This document shows positions 11,161 through 26,100 of a stretch of DNA of 64,000 nt, piece by piece (position 1 is the first letter of the stretch; every line of letters begins with the position of its first letter). The notes under the pieces were generated by a model. The model made no database searches. It was given only the letters and a program-made list of their open reading frames with translations, and had not been told where the DNA came from. The stretch is from contig KZ537982.1 of the NCBI GenBank assembly GCA_000934665.2, forward strand, positions 62,001-126,000, given 5' to 3'. The DNA is from Catajapyx aquilonaris (Eukaryota). The translations under genes were made by a program, and so were the position numbers.

Positions 11161-14100
11161 ATGTCGCAGGAAGGGGATGACATCAATATGACCCAGCAGG
11201 AGCTGCAGGTGCTCTCGGAGCTTGACAGGTGAATTTGCAAGGAGGGACGGATCAGGCCTAGCCTCTCTTTTGCCGGGTTGCCACTCCAGTTGCGTTGGAC
11301 TGGGGTGCTGCCTAGTTGTTGTGCAGTTCAACGAGTGGCCAAGGTTCTCGTGGTTGCAAACAGTAAAATGCAGCATTAACCAGCCGTACAATCAATGGTG
11401 TACGCAAGCTGAATAATGCACGGTATTGATGAAAAATGCCGCTATTTGTGCACCGGGGCAGCAGTTGAGTTGCATGTCGTTGGCAATAATTTTATAACAA
11501 CTGCTTCACTAGGGGATCTGTAAGACCAGGGAGGTACAAAATTATCAGAATATTACCATGTTTATTGAATTCTCAAAATTAGCCCAAGTAAGTTTGGAAT
11601 GCAGTACAATTGACAACCTTACAGCATAAAAGCTATGCCCATAATTACCATAATTACAATGGCATACATAGGATAATGCATATGGATGTCACAAATCTGC
11701 ATGCTATCGGTCATTTGAATTGCTACTGTACAGCATGAAAGGAATTAAATGTATCATTTATTTTTACTTCCAGTCGCCAGTTTGGGTTCTTGCGACTGAA
11801 TGTGCCGGAGCAGGCTAAAAAGAAGACACTGGTGCTAAAAGTAGGTGCCTTTTAAATGTTATGATGCTTTGTATCATATAACTAAATGATTAATTTGCCT
11901 TTTAAAACCTCAGGCTGTCAAGTACCTTGAGCGCATGATTGTGCAGGTGCAACAGCAGAAAGAACGCCAGAAAAGGATATCACGGGATGAGAATGGCAAT
12001 ACGACATCGAGTGAGTTGGAAGATAACAGCAGCGGTTCCAAGCCATCTAAAGAAATCAGTATTGATCCCAAGACTTATTGCAAGTTGGGGCATTTCCATC
12101 TGCTTATGGAGGATTATGCCAAAGGTGCAGCATTGAATATGATGACTTCGAGTGTCACTTCTCATGCACATGGATGGAAAATTTTAATTATTGGTGTATT
12201 TTTTAATTGTAGCAATGTCAGCTTATCAAAAATTCTTCAATCTGAAACCTGACTACTGGAAAGATGCTTGCTTCCTTTATGGACAGGGCTTGGTCTACTT
12301 CCATTACAATGCTTTTCAATGGTGAGTACTGAGCATGATTTTCTGCCATATAAATGTGTTGAATTGTGAGGCATTTCGTGGTTCATAGTTTATTGCTACC
12401 ATATGCAAATGATCTAATGGGGTCAATAAGTCACCTTTTTTTTCTCAATTGCCTGGTGATGTTTTCAAGTGTGGCTTGCTCACATATGAAATGGGTATAC
12501 TCCATTGAAATAAGGTGAATTGCATCATTAATAATTTCACTATTAGTGAGATCCAAGTGTATCATAATGTATCATGTTGCAATATTGGTATTTTCATGGC
12601 GCAAAATCTAGGGCTTGACCGTGCACACATCTGACTTTTTTGTGGAGACCTGTGATGTTTATTTCCAGGCAAGTGATGGTCTGGCTCTAGAATAAACCAA
12701 CAGTAACATCTGTGTCGAATGTCGACCTTGATCAGTTCTTTGGGTGAATTAAAATTTAAGAGATAGTCCCACAAGGGGTATAAGTTTATAATGGGTTAAA
12801 GAATTGCTCTTGGAAATTAACGTTACAGTAACCTAGTCATGCTGTTTCATAATGATTCCGACAAACTTTTAGGATAACCTGCAGACCTGACAATCACTCT
12901 GTGTAGCAGTGCCATTTGGTCTCAGCAGCCTCGATCCCAAAATAATAAGCTTCAAGCACAAGGTATCAAATGTTATGGCAGGGATGAATCTGTGCAACCT
13001 TGTCTGTTATACTTACATTTTACGTGTTATTATGTACAGTAATTAAATTTAAGCTACAATCTCATTAGATGTAGCGGTAGTAGTCAGTGCCTGAGGTAAT
13101 GAAGGTGTTATAGCTTATAGGCTATATCCACTGCATAGAAGATGGTATTTATAATGCACTCTTTACTTTATGCTATTTAATTTGATAATGCGGCTGCAGA
13201 GACCATATGGCAACACTGTAATCCACCTGTGCCAGGAATTAACCCTAGATGCCTAGAAGCTTGTTCAAATAATTATGAAACACCTTGTATACTGCATGAT
13301 GATTTATTTTATGAAAAGCAAGCGTTATTTTAATTTATTCATCAGTCACACAGTATTGTAAAAGTGGTGCTTAATGCAGTGGTTCTCAAGGCGGGCCTGA
13401 AACTGATGTAAAATTCAAACTCTCCATTAGAATTTCACTCTCTGAAGACAATGTGCGTATCTGGTAAGACGGTAAGTGACTAAAATGACCCACTGGATCT
13501 TTTGCCCTTGGTGAAGTGGCCCTCAGGCAAAAATGAGAAACACTAGCTTGGTGCATACTTGCAGCATCACACGCTTGATTCTCGAGACATTAAAATAGTG
13601 ATCCGCAGCCTAATTGCAAGGTGGTCCCTACATCGTAATATACCCAATCGCTCATGTGCAAAGGTACTCATTTGAAGCATGTAGGTATCAATCTCTCAGG
13701 GCCCTGAATACTTGCAACAGGTGCACAAAAAAAGGGTCCCCAAGGATTTAAAACTCTCCCCAGACAAAATAAAGGGCTTGGGGGGAGAGGGGGGGGGGGG
13801 GAAGAGAAAGTAGGTGGTGTCCAGACTCCATTGCCAAGGTTGCCATTATATACACGTGTTATGGGGCTTTGGGGTTGTGGGAGAGGATGAAGGAGGGACT
13901 GGTGGGAGGTGGGAGTATGGTATACTTCTTGTGGAATCCATGGCCAAATTTTGAGGCTGTTGTGAGTTGTCTTGAGAGGGAAGGGGTCGAGGACCCAAAC
14001 GGCCTTGGGCATGCTTGTGGCTGCTTGGAGGGCTTTTTGGGCATGGGTGAGGCCAGGCTGGGCTGTGAGGGGATGTTGGGGATGTCAGTGCCCTCATGGG

Positions 14101-17100
14101 CATTTTAAAAAAAGAACTTTACATGGCTCATTCTCTAAATCTTGTGGCCAGAAAGTTTGCTGTGAAAAATGTCTGCCGCATGACTGTATACCGGTTGATG
14201 ACAGCTCATGCATCATGCATAGTTTCCTGTGATAGTTGCTTTGATTAAGATCATATGACCAGTATCACAGTGTGACAGCCCATTTGTGTGACATAATTTA
14301 TGAATGGCCCCTGCTATGTTATAGACGCCTGACCTTAGCTATGGTCAATAGACGTCTAGGAAGACGGAATCCCCGACGCGTCTTAAATGGCTTCGCTATA
14401 AAAGCCTGTCCGAGACAGTTTAGAGGCCAAGGACCCATGGTGTCAGTGGGCGCGATAGTAAAAAGCCGTAGTAAACATTGCCTTCTTATCAGCTGGTCCA
14501 TCTCGCTTCACCGTCTGGCCGACAGGTAGCTCTGCACTAGCTATGCCTTCCCTACACGTGTCTGGACCGCCGGCAGATGGCAGCCTGGGCGCTAGTGTGA
14601 CTCCAATGCGATGTTGCCGGATTGTGAAGCCTTGCAGCACATGGCCGCTTGGTTTAACCCCAAATGGCGGGTGTATGATTGGGCACTGAGAGGACCCGGG
14701 GCCAATCAGAGACTAGGTGCAAGTTGCGTTTCGGGTCGTAATTGGAAAGGTGAAATTGTTCCCTTTGAAGTCGGAAATTGTTTCCGCAGTCGGCTGCTGG
14801 GTGGTTGGGAGCACGCGGGAAACTTCTTGCGGGTTTGCAGGAACGGTATGCGGGAGGGAAGGACTGCGAGTATCGATTGACCCCGTTTTCACATCAGTGT
14901 TCCTGTAAAACGCCGCTGACTTTTTTTTGTAAGGGAGTAACTAGACCCTTGTTATGTCACACTAGTATGTAATGAGCAATAATGCAATGGTCACCATTAT
15001 CGAAACCCGGAACCCATTTTTGTATGCTAGTAATGATCGTTGTTTGTCTGCCGGTAGGGGAATGACCTAGTACTACGCCACTTTATTGAATGGGTTAGCT
15101 AGAGACTATTTTGGCCAATATTTTTTTTTCACTCAATTACGTGCACATTACGCACACAAGGCAACTCTGTCAGGCAGAATGCACCCTGCGGCTACACAAA
15201 ACTGGAGTCAATATTTAACAGGCAGGTTGCCAAAGTCGATCCATTCAGTCCACTAACGTAGCAAAAAAACCGACGATTTTTAGCCTGCAATTTGGGGCGT
15301 TTGGCATGGAGTTTGTTACGGGCTTTTTAGAAATGTAAATTGGTGGGTTCCCCTCCGTTACTGAAACCCAACTAACAAGTCTGGTTTCCTTTCCCTCTGC
15401 CATCTTTACCACAACTGCTTCCTGTGTTGTTTTCCACGACAAACCTTTTGTATACAGGGGGGGCCATGTGTGAAAAAGATGTCCTTTCTCAAGTGACCAT
15501 ATTGGAGGGATGGTTGGTCACTGGGGGAGCAACACGCGAGACCTTGCGGTAAAAAAGAGGGTTTGCATGTCCTACCGATGCGTTCCATGCCTTTTTATTT
15601 CCAGCATTTCTGTACCGAGGAGGCACGTGGGGTGTAATTTGATTCGTAGGAAGAAACGAAGTGGCTACGCCCCTTTTATGTACTGGCTGGTTTTGTTAAG
15701 TTCAGCTAGATTTTTATTATTATTAAAGTGATGACGAATTAAAGGCTTGATTATTAGGTGGCTGTTTACCTTCGCCAAAAACTGTGCGAAAAGAGTGAGT
15801 TGGGGTAGGAGGAAATAAAAAGATGAAAATCAGTCACATTACGAAAGCCACGTGGAAAGCATTATTGTGTGTTTTTTCCGCTTAAAAAATGTAACTCGCA
15901 GGAAGCGAAGTAAAAATAGGCACATTGCAAACTTCCGCATCCTCTTTACTTCTGGCAGACATCCACAGCTGGAATAGGTAGGCGACAATTTGCACACGCT
16001 CCTCCGAGCATACTGGCCTACTTTTTCATAGACGTTGCCATAATGATGTTTGGAGAGACGCAAAAAACGGATGGAATACCATTTAATTAATGGAAGTTGT
16101 CCAAAGGGGACGGGTTACCATAGAAGCAGCCATGACCTTAGATGTTTCGTATGTTACGGCCCGTGACAATTTACTGAGCGGTATTATAGAAAGGAAATAT
16201 CAGCAGTTTTTAAATGTGTTTGTGGGTGCTGGTTGTTTTGTGATAAAATGCGCGCCTGCTTATCAGCCCACCTGTATACCTGGGGAAGAATCAAGAGGGC
16301 GGATTTGGGTCACCTGCATGTTGCCAGGTTTTTTTTTTCGAGCCTTATCACAAGGGGGTTTTAAAAAAAGCGACAAAGGAACTATGCCTTTGACGGTTCT
16401 AGTGAAGATACTCAGGGGTGAAGTCACTATTTTGACGGAGGCTTCGGTTTTTAAACATTGCGTGGGTGTGTGTGTGTGTGTTAGGCAAATTCAATTTGGC
16501 ATGTTAGCACTGGGTAAGTGCAAACGCGGGTAATGCAACTATGTAGGGGCGAATATTGGTTTGTTTGTAAACACACGCGGGGTGTGCGGATCAGGTTTAC
16601 CGGGGGTTGGGGGATGAACACATCTGTCGAGACACTTGGCGGGCTGTTTGCAATGTGCGAAATTGGGCCCTAAGGGAAAAACCGGCGTGACTGGTCATTG
16701 CGAAAAGGACACCTGTCCCGGTCCGGACGGGTAATGAGGAAGGTCAGTACGGGGGAGGTTCATAAGGCCCCAATTGAGAAGGGGGGTATTGCAATATGTA
16801 ACCTGCAAAAAAGGGGGCGTTTCGTATAATGAGAGGAGAAGCCATTTGGGTGGGAAACTTCCAACACTGCACTGGAGCAATGCAATAATAGTGAAACAAA
16901 TTATAAATTTATTAAAATAAATAATAGACATAATATGAAATAGACTAACATAATTGAATTAAAAATGAATAAGGCTAATAATAAATTTTGATTGAATATT
17001 CGGGCTATTTAGGCTATTTTCCCCTATTTTCTTGTCATAGCTGTTACAATATGTATGCTCCAGTCTTGGGGGTTGAGCCAAATTAATATGCGCGATGGTA

Positions 17101-20100
17101 TGCCTTTCCCTCCCTTCCTGAATCGGCCATAGGGTTGAATATAACGAGCGGGTGGCCAAAGGAGGGGTAAACCGGGAAGTCGATTCCTGAATGTGCATGG
17201 GGAGAGCCTAGGACTGGCTCGTGCTGTGGCAGCCATTACGTGTGTGCTATGGCTGATGCAAGCCAGGGACCGGAACCGACCACATATGTGGACGGTCGGA
17301 GTCTTGCTCTTGCTTGCATGCCATCTTCTGATGCCAAGGTTAAAGGGAAGGAGGATAAAAAATGGAGGGGCATGAAGGTCATTCCCCTGATGCTGCAACA
17401 CCATCGATTTTCTCGGCTCGGTTGGGATCTTAACGGCGATTCTGTCACTGTAGGGGAAGGAACCGGGTGTGGATGTGATGTAAGACCCGGTTCTAAAGCA
17501 GGACTCGTTTTTGTTTTTTTTTGTTTTTTCCTGAGTGGGTTGGCAAACCAAGTACCGCTTTTGTTCACCGGGTGGTGGGATTCGCAGGGGGTACCAGTTT
17601 GGTTCATGTACATAGGAACTGTGCCAGAAAATAAATGTGTCGGCCAAACTTAACCTGGCAACAATCATCACTTTGCAGGGGCGAAGTTAACGAAAAATAG
17701 GTGAAACGTGTACAGGGTGTTCAAACTAATGTAGCAGTTTGGAAGCCTGTCGTTCTGCAAGTGTGTCATTCCTTATTTAAAATTTTCATGTACTGAATAG
17801 GTGCTTCGATTCAGTATGATATTAGAAGTCAATAAATAACGACCTTTAAGAAAAAACTGCTTATTAACAAGCAGTTTAGTGTCATAACGTCTGTGCATTG
17901 GACTGCGGGTTGAATTGGAACACTTATTTTCAAGGACCAGCACATTGGTTGACAATGCAATATTTAATCTAGCTGTCATATCATAGCTCCCAGGCGTGCG
18001 CTTGACAGATATTTTGTGATCTATATTACGCCATTGTGCATTGTGCCATATAGTATGTGGGAGTAGTGTAAGATCGAAATGCTCTGGTAATTTGTAAGCA
18101 AGACTTAAGAGCTGCAATTACATAAACGAGGTATTATAATGCCTTGCAGCAAGCGTTAGTAAATCGATAACAACGGAAGCTACAGGTGTAAGGGTAGAGT
18201 GCATGAGCCTAATATAATATGTTGTACCCGAGCTTGACAGTATGCCCTACCTGCCCTGAAGTGCGTAATATTTTTTTGGCTCCTTTTTGGCATTGTAAAT
18301 TTAGGGCTAGGACACTAATCAGGACAAAAACAAACCCGGTCACGTTCGCCCACGGAGGCTACTTATTATAATAATGATTAACGGCCGAGATATAACGATC
18401 TGGAGTCAGTAAACCAGCAGCGCTTGTTTGATAGCTTATTTTCTGTGTGGGCCCACGCCCACAGGAACAAACCAAAAAGCGAAGGTACACATTGTAAGAG
18501 CCGGCGATGGCATAGTATGCACATTACGTGAGAAATGAAGAGTAACGTGTTCCGATGCGAATTTAAGTGCGGTTCTGCACGCAGGCACGGTTATCGACAT
18601 ATTGAATCAGTATAGTTATGGAGAGATCGATTTTGGGGTGAATTTTGTTATGTATACTTGGTGGGAAAGTGATGCCAAGTGGGGTGCATTTTTGTTTCGG
18701 AAGCTGCCACGAGATGTGTCACGCTATGGTGCGCTGGGGTAGCCGGAGGGGGTGCTGGACAACGATTAGTGATGTCAGCACTCGGTTGACACAATGGACC
18801 TCCCTTCTCATTGTGCAATCCCCTTCTGAGTTCATAAATGCTCTGATTTTTTTTTCATTTTTTTTTCATTTTTTTGAAAGTTCAAAGTGTGCGGAAGGGG
18901 GACGACGGAAAGTCACGGTGACTTACTTAGTGAAAAAAAAATGGCTGAACTTTTGCAGGCAGAAATTGACAAACCGAGAGGGATACATAAATCATTGGTT
19001 GGTGGCAACCCTTTTTCGTTGAATAATTAATGGAAGGGGGGGATTTGGAAATAGAGTGTCGATTTTTGAACTTCCCCCCCATTTCCAATCCCCTGGTGCG
19101 TGCTACATTACTGGTGATAATTTGGGCATATTAAATGGATAGAGCTTGACAATTAACGAAGTTAATATTTGCCATTTGGTACAGTATAAGGGGGATCACA
19201 ATGCGGTGTTTTTGACACGAATTGCTCCTTGAAAATATTTAGGAGCAATCGGATTATACCGCACGAACCCAGCAGCTTCCGCATCATTTTTGTGTGTTAT
19301 TGATGACCAGTGTTGGAATGAGAAATTGTTACTTTAACTGCAAACGACCTTGTTACGTGCCTGACTGCACTTGATAAAGATCACCCATGCCACCACTTAC
19401 GCACTTGCGAAAGCATTAGTACAATGCCGTGACTCATTAATGATACAAAGGGGTAGGTGCTGTAATTTCACTCCCTGTTATAGCGAAATTTTGATTAGTG
19501 GGGAGAGAGGGGGGGGGGGGGTCATCTGAATTACGTAACAATTTTAAGAAGTTATGTACAGTACACCAAGGACTGCACATTAATGTAGCCTTGTACAATG
19601 GGGATTACATGACTTTTTTTTAAAATATATAAAGAAGCTGATTTTGTGTATTGGGGCGACACCTATTCATTGCTGATTCCGCGTCAAGCCAATTTTGCAC
19701 CTTGCCGATAATCCACATTGCAAATTCATCCGGATGTAATTTCCGCACCCTAATTGCACCTTGGCAAAACCAGTACCGATCCGTACTTTCCTCCGTAAAA
19801 AAAAAAATAGTGAGTAAATAATTTCCAAGCCCCCATCGCGTGGTGGACGTGGCAGCATCGCCGCGCGTCCCCCCCGCTCCAGCCCTTCCCGTCGCTCCCC
19901 CGGCCTGCCTTTGCCGCTCCCCTCGGATCCCCGGTTCCCTCCCCTTCGAATCGGCAGTGGGCCCTGCCCTATCCTCGGCCCGAACCAGCGGAGAGGACAA
20001 AGGACCAGAAGTGGAAAAGGGGAGAAGGTGGTAGGTTGGGTAGGCTAGGAGCTCCGGCCGCGGGGTCGGCCACCATCCCGAAGAGGAAGAGGAGGAAGGA

Positions 20101-23100
20101 GGAGGTGGGAGGAGAGAGAGAGAGAGAGAGAAGGGTTGAATAGAAAGAAGACGAAGCCTGGTTGCATACAAGCGAAGGAACAGTGAAGTGTGTGAGAAGA
20201 AGAAGAAGAAGAAAAAAAAACGGATTACGCAATCCACGTAACAACCCCTGGAGTTCATTGCCGTCTAGGAAGAATCGAGGTTGCCGCCTTGTCATCCCCT
20301 GCCCCCCCATCCAAAAACCCTCAGGATTTTTTTGGGGTTTTTTTCCAGAATCGTGTTCAGTCACCGCCACTGCCAATATCGTCACTGCCACGGCCTTCCA
20401 AGCCCAGAAAAAAGTGTAGTGATTTAACCCTACCCCCCATTTCCCGCCGATCACTGCCTATGCACTGCCATTGCCTTCAACCAGGGGGTAACCACATACA
20501 TACAGTCCAAAGACAGTATATGAAGACAAGAGAGTGACAAGTACTAGTCGGATTTGTGTTGTTTTTTTTTTTTTTTGGGAAGATCTCAAGGAAAAGTTTT
20601 GCTCAGACGCAACTCCCTCCTGCCTCCTCTCTTGCCCCTTACCGTCGCATATACCGCTAAAGGAAGCCTGCAAGGTGAGTGGTCACACGATTCCGTATGG
20701 GTCTTTCCCATCTCAAAAAAGAAAAAAAAACCTGTCTGTAAATGGAGTTTCGGTGTATCGCCCGGGCGGAAATACCCCCCTTTCTACAGTACTGTTGTCT
20801 GTATCTTAATCCGGTAATCTGACGACACTGGGGCGACCATACTTGTGCATAATGTGTAAATGTGGCGCCAACACTAAATAATGCACTTCGCCATTTAAAT
20901 TTGTGTATTCGCAATAAGCAGTCACTGAGGGTGTCAAATATTCGCCATTTAAATAATTATTCTATGAATTATGACCTCAGAACAGTCCAAAGAATCACAG
21001 AGTTGAGGTATTTTCTCACAGAATTCGCACTATGGACCCAGTGTGTACGTTTTTCACAATTTGTACCAGGTGTGTCAAATTATTCGGCAACTTTATCTTG
21101 AGGATATTTTGGCTATTGTGTGTAACATTGTTCTGTTCATTTCTGCACATATTGCCGGATATGATCCCGCATTCCTCATTCATATAGAACCTGTCTCCGC
21201 CGTGAGAGCATGCAGTTGTTGGAACTGGATGTACCGTTGGGGCAAAAGGGAAAGGGGTGAATCGGAGTATAGGTTGGGTAGGTCGTTCGCATAGTCATCG
21301 TGCCCACTCTCACCCCATTTTCGTTATCGGGGTCCCCATTGCAAGTGTTTGTGTCACGTACGAGGCGCGACCTAACCTTGCTTTGGTGCGACTGTTACGT
21401 AACGTAAACAACTGATATTCGAACTTATTGTATGCGGTCATGTGAAGAAAGAAAGAAAAAAATCGCGATTACGTAATGGGAAGTTGGCCTGCATTCCCAT
21501 TCATAATGTCATGGGATGGGGTGGAGTGGTGGGGGTAGAAAGTGAGACGGGAAGTTAGGAGACATTATGAAGGGTAATGGTGGGGAGGATTCCCTTGTCA
21601 CGTTGTGAGGTAACTAGGGCAAATTCGGGAGTTTTTCCACATGTGCGAACCCCCCCTCTTTTACCGGTCGGTGCGTTCTCACAGTTTTTGGCCATTCGGG
21701 ACAATAGCGGTGGGGGGGGGNGGGGGGGGGGGGGGGTGAATAAAACGGGTTTGTTGAGAAGGGGAGTCTTAGGCAGCTGCAGGTTTTTGTTTTGGGGAGG
21801 CACTTAATGAAAATGCGGGATAAATAACAGGCTCATTTCGTGGGCACCCTTTGGGGGGGATTAGTTTTTGTGGGACACCGATGATTTCAGGGGCTATTTC
21901 TTGCACGAGAGCCGAAAAAAGCAGGTGCGATTTCAGTGAACTCTGGTAACCCCGACACAGCGGCCATTTGTCCGGATCTTTTTGGTATGTTCCACGCTTT
22001 CCTGCGGACATTACCTGTTATCTCAACAGAACCGGTATTGCGTACGGTACCATGTTCGTCATTTTTTTTCCTCCCGGCCTACACGTGCTGAGGGTTGATC
22101 TATATATAGGAGTGATTAGATGGAAACTATGCAGAGTTTCCGCGAAGAACTTGGTAAGGCGAGATGTTGCACAAAACGGCCTTGGTGCCAGCACCGACCT
22201 TGGGTGTCATTGGCTTGCGGAGTCTGCCCTTCCTGTTGCAGAAAAAAAAAAAAAAAAACGAATGCCATTTCTAGCTAAGATGGCGGCCTCCTTATGAGGC
22301 GCGTGCGTGGCCAGGAATTTAAATGCGAACAGGTTTTGCTTGATATAAATATTACGGTATTGGGGATATCTTGACACTGGACAAATTCTTAGGACTTTTT
22401 CCTGATTTAGTCGCGTTTTTTTGTGGGTGGGTTAGTCAGGGTAGGGGGGAAAAAAGGGATCGTTTTTGTCTTCCACTGCGATGCGATCGTTTTGTTAGAG
22501 GAAGCTTCCCCAAGTTATTTCGGAAAATGAGCTTGGGCGGTAGATCGATAGGGTCACGATTGCCTTTTGGGATGGAGAAGGGGGAATTGAATGGGGGATG
22601 TGGAGGAGTTTTGTGCTTGGCTTTGTAATTTTGTAATCGTGTCGTGGAATAAAAGGAATGGGAATATGTTGTGGGATTTCAATTGTTTGGGGGAGGGGGG
22701 GTTGTATTGGGTAAATATGCACATTGGCTCCTTGTTGGGGGTGTTCAGAATGGAATGAAATGCGAGTAGCGTGAGGCGGACGGGTCGTAGCATTCCCTCA
22801 ATCAGTAGTTCAGAATTCGAAGGTCGGCCAATTATACGTTTGGGCTTAGGCGGCCTTGAAAGGCGATAAATGAAAGCTGGAGGGGGGGGGGGGGTGGAAA
22901 AAATGATGCGGGAATCCTACACTTCAAAAAAAAAGGTTGGTCAATGGATGTAACCCAGATTATTTTGTAAACAGTTTCGGATTTCAACATCGTAAACTAT
23001 AAACGGGGCGGCAATGTTATCAGGCATACGTGTTTACAAGTGAAATGGTTAAATAGTTCAATTGTTGGTAGCTTGCTACAAATCGGTGGGGTGAAAACCA

Positions 23101-26100
23101 GTCCTTCAAAAGCCAATTGGATGTCACTCACAGCTATGGCTATTGATTGTATTACAACCTTAAGAGACATTATAGGATATTGCCCCTTTTATGACACTGT
23201 TCACGGTCGCTCGTACTTTCTCCAGTTGTATTTCCCCCGGCTCTGGAATGTTTTATTGGTACTCGAGTATCATCCAATGACGTCACGGAGTAATTAACAC
23301 TCAGGAAATTTTTTGGATGGCTGCAATTCGGTGACAAAATTCGGTGCAGTAAATCTTCCTGGGGTCCTATTGCCCCCTGTAAACCCCAGGTTTTTATGAG
23401 GGTCACAGATGGCACCCTCGTTGTAGGTGGTCAGTCTCGAGAAAATTTTCGGGAGTCGGCTCCAGTTTCATGGTTGCGACCTCTGGGTCAGCAGGCACAC
23501 CTGGGGTTCTCACCGAGCCCTATTGTAAGAGGAGGGGGGGTTCCAATTTTTTTGGTTGGGGGGTTCATGGTAGGCAGCACTCACGCAATGGCTGCACCAT
23601 CAGGGTGGGATGATTATTCAGGGCCTGTGGAAGCGCGGAAAAGCAGGAAGCGTCAAGCTTTGCTGGGGTGATCAATACGGGGACGGCCGTAACACGTGCG
23701 GAGTCACTCAGGGATTATTCGGGATGTGTAACCAGCACCGAATCAGAGTTTGGAAGGGACAAGTCACGCCGACAAAAGGCTTCTAAGACTTATGCAGGAC
23801 AGCATCCGTATAAGACATTCAAATCTAATGCGGCGATCAAAGTACCTGAGTGGTGTTGCTACCTGCGCATTACTGTTGGACTGTATTGCATGTTTGCTCA
23901 GGAAGCTCGCCTGACCTACCCTGTCGTAGTTAGCGACCTGACGAATGCAAAGGTAGCTTGTCAGGACCCTGAGACACGGTCTGACGGCCATGAAAAGAGG
24001 CTCTCGTGTGTGTAGGAAAAACGGGCAAGAAACAAGCTACATCCCCACACAATCATGGAGATCTGTCAATCGTGAAGGGAGATATTCATTACCGGGGCCA
24101 TCTTGGAAGGGACCAAGGAGCCGGTTGGGAGGGTTCGTCTTCAGATTTTTTTTTCTCTCCCCGTCTTCTATCCCTGTACTACCCTCCCTTCTGACCACTC
24201 TTTTTGGAATCCTCTTCCTCCCATCTTGTGGAGGCCCTCGGGCCATGGTGGTTGCCGCTTTCCAGCTGGGCCCTTTTGACATTGTTGCCACTTTGAAAGA
24301 CTGAAAAAAAAAACTGAGATTACCAGCATCCGCCATCTTCGGCGTGGGTTTTTTGAAAGGGGTTATTAAATCGAGTTTATTTCACATTACATGTGAGTGT
24401 ATGACTGCAATTGACCTATTTAAAGCATGTGGATCTTGATACATTCCCTGGAGATGTAGAGGATATAATCGAAGTGGGAAGAGTTGGGTTGAGAGGAAGG
24501 AGGGTTGGGGGAATAGGTAAAAGGCCCCCCTCCTCCACCACCCCCCTTTTTTCCTTCAGGAAGAAAAGAAAAAAAAGGGACCCAGCAGTAGCTGTGGGGG
24601 TCTTTTTGAGAGCTTTAACGGTCCGGGAACGTCAGATCGGGAGGAGGTATCGGTAAAATTCTCCTGTGGTTTTGTGCGTGCCCACGTCGACATTTTAGCA
24701 CTGCAGATGCCAGTAAGTAATGGTGGGAAACAAATGTGTACAACCAGTGATAGGTCATTACCTGCCAGAAGTGTCGCCTATTGTGCTTGGCAAATGCGGC
24801 GTTGAAACTACATCACACGCATATATGACCGGGAGCTTATGTGACGTGGCATTTAAACACACCCCCCCCCCTCCCCTCCAGGCGTGGTGTTTTAAATTCC
24901 GGCTTATCTCAGCAATTCGCCGTCTCCACGGATATTTTCGTCTCGTGTTTATCACACCGTTGTGCTATTATCAGCCCTCCACCGATAGGATTGTGCTGTG
25001 GTGCAAGGCCACTAGTTGCTAAGCGGCTGGAACTATCGAGCCAGGAGAGAGGAAATGCCCACTAGGAAGTTATAGTGAGCAGGATAGTTTTGTGGGCGGG
25101 GCTCCCCCATTTTTGCTATGAAAATTTTTTCACCGAGATCCTTCACATCCCGTGCAGCTGTAGTAAGTCAATTCCTGCCTTGGTCACGCGAGTTTTTTGG
25201 TTGCATACATTATAAGTAGAGTCAGTGGCCCTTCGAGCCGGAAACAGCGATTTTTCCGGAGCTATAGCGGAAAAAAAGAAAGGGCAAATATAGTGGAAAA
25301 ACGCAATGGGGGGTAAGTCCCAGACATTGGTCACGAAAGAATGTGGCCTACTTATGGAGCGTCTGGTTGTTGTATGGATTTTGGCACGCATGATTTATAC
25401 AGGTGGCGTGTGAGCGTGATGTGTTGCGGAGACAATCATCAGGCCAGAGGGATATGGAATCGGTTGCGTACCTTCGTGAGGAGGTGTGCACTAATGTTGC
25501 CCGAGGAAAAGGGGGAGAGGAAAATTAGGTTGATTATTGAATCATGTAAAGGGGGGATGTACACAGTGGCGGAACAAAGAAAATCAATTTTGGCGGTTTT
25601 TTAGTAAGATTGTATCATGGTTGAGGGGGGGGTTTATTGCAGGATCCGACCAATTAAGTGTTTTGAGGGGGGAACATTTGAGCTGGGTAATCTGTATTCG
25701 GGTTGTGGTTATGTAACGGTGGGATCATTTTAGAAATGTAGGAATAATTACGGTTTTTTTTTTTTTTGGGGGGGGGGGGGGGGGGGGNNNGGGGGGGCTG
25801 ACCGCGTGTGAGGTCCTTGCCACTGTGTTTTAAATTGTTCGGTGTTTATTTATAAATGCGGCTAATTTGGAGACGGGCGACCAGGTATTTTTATACCTGC
25901 TCCCAAAAAGAGCATGCGAAAATAACAGGCTGTGTAGGAAGGTGTGGCTTTGGCTTTAATTAACCCTACTATAAAACGTGTATGAGATCATAGGTTTGAC
26001 TGGCTTATGAAAGGGACCAGACGTACACCATATTTGGCGTTATGCACTGTATACGATTGTATGCGAAAATGCATTAATGCGGCATTACACATCGTTAACT

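Noticed and set aside
10699..11391. 230-aa minus-strand ORF and overlapping ORFs at the UTX 5' end
   Set aside because: A by-product of the GC-rich promoter and UTR; low-complexity R/P/A translation with no family motif.
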